The notes under the pieces: model-generated
The model's database searches: none
What the model was told of the DNA's origin: nothing
Seen by the model: only the letters and a program-made list of their open reading frames with translations
Program-made: the position numbers and the translations under genes
Part shown: in pieces, positions 58,152 through 64,000 of the stretch
Numbering within the stretch: position 1 is the stretch's first letter
How the letters are laid out: each line of letters begins with the position of its first letter
Assembly (NCBI GenBank): GCA_964574895.1
Contig: CAZNPB010000001.1
Span: 82,665-146,664, forward strand
Reading direction: 5' to 3'
DNA: 64,000 bases
From: an uncultured Eubacteriales bacterium
GTDB lineage: Bacteria > Acidobacteriota > Aminicenantia > Aminicenantales > Saccharicenantaceae

Positions 58152-59321
58152 TCAATCCGCTTCGGTCTTGAACGCGATCCTGAAGCGGACGATCTCGGCC
58201 CGGCTGCCGATCCGCAGGGGCGGCCCCCAGGTCCCCGCCCCGCTGGTGACATAATACTGCGTCCCGCCTTTTCGTTTGAATCCCCAGTTGACCTCGTAGA
58301 TCAGGCTGTTGATGAGCCCGATCGGGAACATCTGCCCGTCGTGGGTGTGACCCGAGATCTGAAGGGCCGCCCCGGCCCGTTCGGCCTCCTCGAGATGGAC
58401 CGGCTGGTGATCGAGGACGACCACGGGCAGGCCGGCCGCCAGGCCGCTCCCAGCCAGGATGGCCCCGATCGGACGCCGCACTTCGCCCCGCGGCAGCGAG
58501 CCGGCGTCCCGCCTCCCGACCAGGAGGAACGCTCCGCCGACGGCCGCGGCCTCGTCCTGGAGCACGGTGATGCCGCAGGCCCGCAGGCAGGCCACGTTCC
58601 GTTCGAGGCCGCTGTAGGTCTCGTGATTGCCGGGGCAGGCGTAGAGGCCCAGCGGGGCCCGCAGCCGGCCCATGATGCCGGAGAGCTTGGCCTCGATGGC
58701 TTCGGTCACGGTCTCGTCGACGATGTCGCCGGCCATGAGGACGACGTCCGGCGCCAGGGTGTTGATCCGGGCGATCACTTTTTCCAGGCGGGAAGGCCCG
58801 ACCAGGGCGCCGAGGTGGAGATCGGAGACCGCCACCACGGTCAGGCGATCCACGGTCCCCGCCCCGCGCGGCAGCTCGAGGTCGAGGTCGACCGTCCGCA
58901 GCCGGGTCGCGTTCCAGATCCCCGCCGCGATGGTCAGCAGGACCGCCCCGGCCACGGCGGCGAAGAGGACCGGGCCCGTCTTCGAGCTCGCCGGGAGCGA
59001 CTTCGGGAGGAACGGCACGATGGCGTTGGCCAGGCGGACGAGGTCGACGGCGACAACGGCCATGAATCCGTAGAGCATGACGCCCATGTGGTAGGTCCCG
59101 GCCTCGACCAGGAGCGAGGCCAGCCGGCCCGGGGCCGCGCTCATGAGGATCCGCCCGACCGGGAACAGGAGGGCGGCGAAGATGAAGACGGCCAGGAAGG
59201 CGCGCCGCGCCCCCGGGACGGTCGACAGCGCCTGGCCGCCCCGGCGGGCGATATAGAAGTTGATCAGGCCCCAGACCGTGAAGGCGATGGCCAGGAAGGC
59301 GAACATTCGCTGTCCTTTCAT
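58152..59321 (-). CDS. membrane-anchored metallophosphoesterase
   Basis: About 4 N-terminal TM segments, then the calcineurin-like motifs VAVSDLHLG, GDIVD, GNHE and GHTH. The ATG at 59321 overlaps the upstream stop by ATGA. The 968-aa track ORF is an over-extension. Confidence 0.85.
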   Translation of the reverse strand: MKGQRMFAFLAIAFTVWGLINFYIARRGGQALSTVPGARRAFLAVFIFAALLFPVGRILMSAAPGRLASLLVEAGTYHMGVMLYGFMAVVAVDLVRLANAIVPFLPKSLPASSKTGPVLFAAVAGAVLLTIAAGIWNATRLRTVDLDLELPRGAGTVDRLTVVAVSDLHLGALVGPSRLEKVIARINTLAPDVVLMAGDIVDETVTEAIEAKLSGIMGRLRAPLGLYACPGNHETYSGLERNVACLRACGITVLQDEAAAVGGAFLLVGRRDAGSLPRGEVRRPIGAILAGSGLAAGLPVVVLDHQPVHLEEAERAGAALQISGHTHDGQMFPIGLINSLIYEVNWGFKRKGGTQYYVTSGAGTWGPPLRIGSRAEIVRFRIAFKTEAD

Positions 59322-59899
59322 TCGGGCGGCACCTCGTTCGACGCGGCGATGCCTTCGAGCGTCCGGCGCGGCGGCTCCCGCAGCGGCCGCTTCTCGGCGT
59401 ACCCGAGCGGCATGAGGGCCACCAGCCGGTAGGACTTGGGGATCCCCAGGGACCGGCGGACCCGGCGATAATTGAACCAGCCCATCCAACACGTGGCCAG
59501 GCCCAGCTCCTCGGCCTGCAGGACGATGTGCTCGCCGGCGATGCCCATGTCCAGCAGATAGAAGGGCACGCCCTGGATGCGCGAGCCAAGCCGGACGACG
59601 GCCCGGCCGGGCCGGGCCAGCAGGACCAGGACGACCGGCGCCTGGGCCGCGAACCGCGAGGTCTTGTACAATCCGCCGAAGGCCGCATCGGCCAGCTTGG
59701 CCTTGAGGGCCGGGTCGTCGACGACCATGATCCGCCAGGGCTGGACGTTGTGGGCCGAGGGGGCCAGGCGCGCCGCCTCGAGGCAGGCCCGGAGCTTTTC
59801 GGGCTCGACGGGCGCCGGCGAGAAGCGGCGGATGCTGCGCCGGCCGCGGAGGATCGTCTGGAACGGCGTCGGTTCGAACAGCCTGTTTTCGTCCGTCAT
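59318..59899 (-). CDS. nitroreductase-family protein
   Basis: RRSIRRF...LEAARLAPSAHNVQPW signature. Confidence 0.85.
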   Translation of the reverse strand: MTDENRLFEPTPFQTILRGRRSIRRFSPAPVEPEKLRACLEAARLAPSAHNVQPWRIMVVDDPALKAKLADAAFGGLYKTSRFAAQAPVVLVLLARPGRAVVRLGSRIQGVPFYLLDMGIAGEHIVLQAEELGLATCWMGWFNYRRVRRSLGIPKSYRLVALMPLGYAEKRPLREPPRRTLEGIAASNEVPPE

Positions 59900-59929
59900 G
59901 GCCTCCGGCCTCCTCGTCCGCCGGTCCTC

Positions 59930-61249
59930 CTACTTGACCAGGATGAGCTCGGTCTGGCGCCGGTCGAGAAAACGCGGGCCGTTCGCGGTGAAGGCCGCGT
60001 CCTGTTCCAGGGCGATCTGGGCGTCCTGGCCGCCCCACTCGGCGACCGCGGCCCGGACGTTGAGCTCGATCGAGTGGACGGTGTCGGGGTAGAGCGGATA
60101 ATCGCCGGCGCCCGGCACACCGCCCTGCTTGTCCCACAGGCCGATCGTCGGACCGGCGGCGTGGCCGTGGAGGCCGAGCGGATGGGTGTAGATGCTCGGC
60201 CGCAGGCCTTCGGCCTTGGCCTTGGCCAGCGCGGCGGCCAGGATCTGGTTGCCGGTCCGCCCGGCCGCCATCTCGCCCAGGAGGATATCCTGGAGCCGGT
60301 TGCCCTGGGCCAGCCCGGCCCGCAGCCCGGCCGGGGCCTCGGTCTCGCCCGGCCGCAGGACGTAGGCGTGCTGTTGGGTGTCCGTATCGAGCCGCAGGTA
60401 GTTGAAGCCGATGTCGCAGTGGAGGAGGTCGCCGGGATGGATGACCGGGCTGTCCTTGAAGGGGCTCGAAGCCGGCCGCTGCAGCGAGATGCCGGGGCCG
60501 AACCAGGCCGTCTGGCCGAGGGAGCGGAACTTCTCCCAGATCCACCACTCGACGTCGGCGGTCGTGGTCAGGCCGGGGGTGATGACCTGGCGGGAGAAGG
60601 CCTCGGCGATGACGGCGTGGGCCACGGCGCAGATGTGGTCGTAGACCTCGATCTCCTCGGGCAGCCGGCGCTCGAGCCAGCCCACGGCCAGGCGCTCGGC
60701 GCTGACCAGCCGTTTGGCGTATTCGGGGCCGAGGGCCTGGACCAGGCGCGTCTTCATCGTCGAGCTCAAGCCGTCGCCGAAGGCGAAGACCTCGGACTCG
60801 TCGATCCCGATGCGCCGGGGGTCGCGGGCCTTGACCGCCCTGGCCAAGGCCTGCCATTGGCCCTCCTGGTCGGCCTTCCAGACGGTCGGATAGAGATCGC
60901 CGACGCCGTAGCGGCTGACGGCGAAGCGCTCCACGCCTTTGTCCGGGCCCCGGTCGAAGAAGACGAGCAGGCTCAGGCGCCGGGCCGACAGGCTGGCGAA
61001 GGGCACCAGCGAGAGATAGACCGGGTCCTCGTTGTATTCCTCGCAGAGCACGAGCCACATGTCGATCTTCTCCCGGCGCATGAGCTCGGGCAGGACCCGG
61101 TCCAGCTTGACCTTGAGCCAGCCGTCGCAGATCGCGGCCTGCTCCTTGAGGCCGAGGACGGCCGGGATCTCGGCGCCTTTAGCGGCCGGCCCGAGGGCCG
61201 TCAGGACGAGGAGTCCGAGGAGGAGGGACGGGAAGAGGCGGCGCGTCAT
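59930..61249 (-). CDS. M24-family metallopeptidase (Xaa-Pro aminopeptidase-like), secreted
   Basis: Signal peptide. Pita-bread fold motifs (GDLLHCDIG, HPLG.HGH). Typical length. Confidence 0.75.
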   Translation of the reverse strand: MTRRLFPSLLLGLLVLTALGPAAKGAEIPAVLGLKEQAAICDGWLKVKLDRVLPELMRREKIDMWLVLCEEYNEDPVYLSLVPFASLSARRLSLLVFFDRGPDKGVERFAVSRYGVGDLYPTVWKADQEGQWQALARAVKARDPRRIGIDESEVFAFGDGLSSTMKTRLVQALGPEYAKRLVSAERLAVGWLERRLPEEIEVYDHICAVAHAVIAEAFSRQVITPGLTTTADVEWWIWEKFRSLGQTAWFGPGISLQRPASSPFKDSPVIHPGDLLHCDIGFNYLRLDTDTQQHAYVLRPGETEAPAGLRAGLAQGNRLQDILLGEMAAGRTGNQILAAALAKAKAEGLRPSIYTHPLGLHGHAAGPTIGLWDKQGGVPGAGDYPLYPDTVHSIELNVRAAVAEWGGQDAQIALEQDAAFTANGPRFLDRRQTELILVK

Positions 61250-61453
61250 GGTTCGTGCTCCTTTTCGTTCCCGGCCGCTCGAGGCCGGACCGGGGCCCTT
61301 ATAAATATCTCAAATCGGTCCGGCGGGCAACCCGGAGAAGGCCCGGAGCGCCCGCCGCGGCTTCCTCTCCGGCCGCCTCTCCCCCGCCGCGGTCGGTTGC
61401 CGCCTGGCCGCCGATAGTGGTATAGTCCGAGCACCCCCAAGGAGGTTCCAGCT

Positions 61454-62488
61454 ATGAAAAGAGCGACGGCGATCGGTTCGGTCCTGCTTCTGGCGGTCTT
61501 TTGCGCCGCCTGCGCCTCGAGCACGGGGCTCAAGTCCGGCGCGGCGGCCGGCGAGGCCCTGACCAAGATGATCCCGGCGTCGGCGACGGGCGTCGTGGCC
61601 ATCGACGTCCAGCGGCTCATGGGGACCGACGGGGCCCGCAAGGCCCTCCAGGATCCCAAGGCCAAGGAGAAGCTCGCCGAATTCGTCCGCATGAGCGGCA
61701 TCGATCCGGCCAAGGACATCTCCTATATCGGCATCGGGCTCTCCGGCGCCCCGGCCGGCGGGACCAAGGGATTGGACGGCGGCGTCGTCGTCAGCCTCAA
61801 GTACGACAAGGCCAAGCTTCAGGGCCTGATCAAGGAGAAGGCCCCCGAGGTCAAGGAAGAGATCTACGACGGCGTCACGATCTATACGAATCTCGACGGC
61901 GGCCAGGGCGCCAAGCAGACCATGCGGGCCGCCTTCCTCGACGACTCCCATATCATCCTGGGCTCCGAGGGCGGCCTCAAAGGCCTCATCGACGTCCACA
62001 GGAAAAAGGCCGCCTCGCTGGCCAAGAACGCGGAGATGGCGGCCATCCTCAAAACGGTCGACAAGTCCGGCCTGCTCTGGGGCGCCGTCGCCATCCCGCA
62101 GGAGCTCCTCCAAAAGGGCCTCGAATCCAGCCCCCAGCTCAAGGCCCTCGAAGGCGTCAAGGCCGTGACCCTGATGTTCGACGACCGGGTCTCGGGCGTC
62201 GTGGCCGACATCCGGACGCTCGGCGGCACCAAGGACCAGAACGCCAACCTGGCCGCCGCCCTCAACGGCCTCAAGGCCCTGGGCGCGATGTCCGCGGCCC
62301 AGCGACCGGCCTTCGGCGAGGCCCTGAACGGGATCCAGATCACCTCGGGCGACGACTACACCCGCCTGGAGCTCACCATCTCCCACGAGGTCCTGGACAA
62401 GCTCGGCGAAATGGCCAAGGCCAAGGCCGGCGATCTCATGAAGGACAGGAAGAGGGACGAGCCCCCGGCCGAGGGCGCGATCAAATAG
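61454..62488 (+). CDS. hypothetical lipoprotein
   Basis: Lipobox (AVFCAAC). Balanced composition. No family recognised. Confidence 0.6.
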   Translation: MKRATAIGSVLLLAVFCAACASSTGLKSGAAAGEALTKMIPASATGVVAIDVQRLMGTDGARKALQDPKAKEKLAEFVRMSGIDPAKDISYIGIGLSGAPAGGTKGLDGGVVVSLKYDKAKLQGLIKEKAPEVKEEIYDGVTIYTNLDGGQGAKQTMRAAFLDDSHIILGSEGGLKGLIDVHRKKAASLAKNAEMAAILKTVDKSGLLWGAVAIPQELLQKGLESSPQLKALEGVKAVTLMFDDRVSGVVADIRTLGGTKDQNANLAAALNGLKALGAMSAAQRPAFGEALNGIQITSGDDYTRLELTISHEVLDKLGEMAKAKAGDLMKDRKRDEPPAEGAIK

Positions 62489-62493
62489 CCGGG

Positions 62494-63291
62494 CTAATCT
62501 TCGGGCAGGTATTCCTTCGTCCGGAAGACCCAGACGGCCAGCGCCAGCAGCGCGGCCGTCAGGGCGGCCAGGATCAGCACGGCCGCCAGGGGCTTGCTCG
62601 GCTCCAGCCGGAACAGCAGCAGGGCCACGCCGCGTCCGCCCCCCGCTCCGGCGGGCGCCGGGTGGTACGGCAGGAGCGACTTCAGGTAATGGACGATGGA
62701 GAACTTCTGCGTCGAGCCGGGGAAGTACTGGATGACGTTCTCCCAGCCGAAGCCGAACACCAGCCCGACGATGATGGAGCGCTTGAGGACCGCGCCCAGG
62801 AACGTGAAGAAGGCCATATAGGCCAGGACCCCCAGGACCAGGACCCCCAGATAGCGCAGGAAGGTGGCGTAGAGGTCCGCCTGCCCCAGCCGGGCCGCGT
62901 TCAGGACGAAATAGGAAACGGCCAGGCTGACCGCGACCAGGACGGCGATAAGCGAGGCGTAGGCGGCGGTCTTGCCCACGAGGATGGCCGACTTGGGCAG
63001 GGGCCGGGTGACGAGATACGACAGGGTCCGGTTCTCGACCTCTTCGGCCGCCACCGAGGTGCCGTAGAAGAGCGACAGCAGGACGATGTAGAACTGCAGG
63101 AAGAAGACCATCAGGATCTCGGTGAAGACGTCGGCCATGAGGCCCGTCCGGCCCCGGAGGAATATGCGGGCCATGATCGCCAGGGCCACCGGGATGAGGC
63201 CCAGGACGGCGAAGACCCGGGTTCGCCCCGTCCTCCGGCCGAGAAAGGCGAAGAACCCGAAGACGCGGCGGGCGGCGTTCGCGGCGCTCAT
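62494..63291 (-). CDS. ABC-2-type transporter permease
   Basis: Six predicted TM segments. It lies directly downstream (2 nt) of an ABC ATPase gene. Confidence 0.75.
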   Translation of the reverse strand: MSAANAARRVFGFFAFLGRRTGRTRVFAVLGLIPVALAIMARIFLRGRTGLMADVFTEILMVFFLQFYIVLLSLFYGTSVAAEEVENRTLSYLVTRPLPKSAILVGKTAAYASLIAVLVAVSLAVSYFVLNAARLGQADLYATFLRYLGVLVLGVLAYMAFFTFLGAVLKRSIIVGLVFGFGWENVIQYFPGSTQKFSIVHYLKSLLPYHPAPAGAGGGRGVALLLFRLEPSKPLAAVLILAALTAALLALAVWVFRTKEYLPED

Positions 63292-63292
63292 G

Positions 63293-64000
63293 TCACTTCT
63301 CCACCAGGTACTCGAAGACGGACTGCAGGTTGTCGTCCGGCGAGGAGATCTCGTCGACCTCGATCCCGGTCTCGAGGACGGCGCCGGTCAGCCGGCCGAA
63401 GAACTCGTCCCGCTTGTGCGTCTCGACGACCAGGGTCCGGCCGTCGGCCCCGAAGGTCATCTTCTGGATGGACCGGTCGCCGACGAAACGGGCCGCCAGG
63501 GCCCGCGGATCGCTCGAGCGGACCGAGATCTGGTGCGGGTGGGACTCGATGAGGTCGCGGATGAACGGGATGTCGCCCTGGGCCAGGATCTTGCCCTGGT
63601 GGATGAGGACGATCCGCGAGGTCAGGGCCTCGATCTCCGGCAGGACGTGGCTGGAGACGAGGACCGTCCGGCCCTGGTCCCGGAAGCCCTTGATGAGCCG
63701 GATGAGCTTGCGCTTGCCCAGCGGGTCGAGACCGCTCAGCGGCTCGTCGAGGACGAGGATGTCGGGGTCGTGGGCCACGGCCTGGGCCAGCTTGATCCGC
63801 TGGCGCATGCCCCGGCTGTAGCCGCGGATGAGGCGGTCCTGGGCCCCGGCCAGATCGACGACGTCGAGGGCCCGTCCGGCCCGTTCGGCGGCCTCGGCCC
63901 GGGAATACCCGGACAGCCGCAGCAGGCCCCGCAGGAACTCGGCGCCGGTGACGTCCTCGTAAAAGGCGTCCGGCTCGGGGCAGAAGCCGATCGTCCGGAA
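63293..64000 (-). CDS. ABC transporter ATP-binding protein, 5' end outside the window
   Basis: The frame stays open to nt 64000 (my translation FRTIGFCPEPDAFYEDVTGAEFL...). ABC signature YSRGMRQR, Walker B ILVLDEP and an H-loop SSH. Confidence 0.85.
   Translation of the reverse strand, partial: FRTIGFCPEPDAFYEDVTGAEFLRGLLRLSGYSRAEAAERAGRALDVVDLAGAQDRLIRGYSRGMRQRIKLAQAVAHDPDILVLDEPLSGLDPLGKRKLIRLIKGFRDQGRTVLVSSHVLPEIEALTSRIVLIHQGKILAQGDIPFIRDLIESHPHQISVRSSDPRALAARFVGDRSIQKMTFGADGRTLVVETHKRDEFFGRLTGAVLETGIEVDEISSPDDNLQSVFEYLVEK

Overview
This is a 64 kb window from a high-G+C bacterial chromosome, about 70% G+C by eye. The cell envelope looks Gram-negative: there is an Skp/OmpH chaperone, outer-membrane beta-barrel proteins, lipoproteins and Tat signals. 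Shine-Dalgarno sites are GGAGG-like, and several operons have ATGA start/stop overlaps. I cannot place the organism taxonomically from this sequence; the gene content would fit an Acidobacteria-like genome. Most genes are ordinary: rhamnose/rhamnogalacturonan use (GH88/105, DUF4838, GH2+PA14, rhaB, rhaA, GH78), peptidases (DPP4-type S9B, C69, M24), aminotransferases, ion antiporters, three tandem alkaline-phosphatase/NPP-family genes and an ABC-2 exporter. Many long ORFs in the track are alternate-frame or antisense artefacts of the high G+C. Two clearly AT-richer segments interrupt this backbone. Segment 1 (about 24.1-27.0 kb) holds the most unusual content. It has two adjacent non-standard tRNA genes. 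One is a Leu-type class II tRNA with an alanine anticodon (UGC). The other is a tRNASec/allo-tRNA-like molecule with a 9-10 bp acceptor stem and anticodon loop CCUAUAA. Both lie directly downstream of a HARE-HTH protein gene that has a near-consensus promoter. The same segment also has an IS1-family transposase and an orphan proteasome-beta/HslV-like Ntn hydrolase with Thr1/Asp17/Lys33 at canonical spacing. Segment 2 (about 30.0-36.7 kb) is a tandem array of five divergent 6-bladed beta-propeller (NHL-like) lipoprotein paralogs. They carry a recurring GC-rich 15-nt motif 3' of three genes, and the array ends at a canonical tRNA-Arg(ACG). No CRISPR array, rRNA or integrase was seen.
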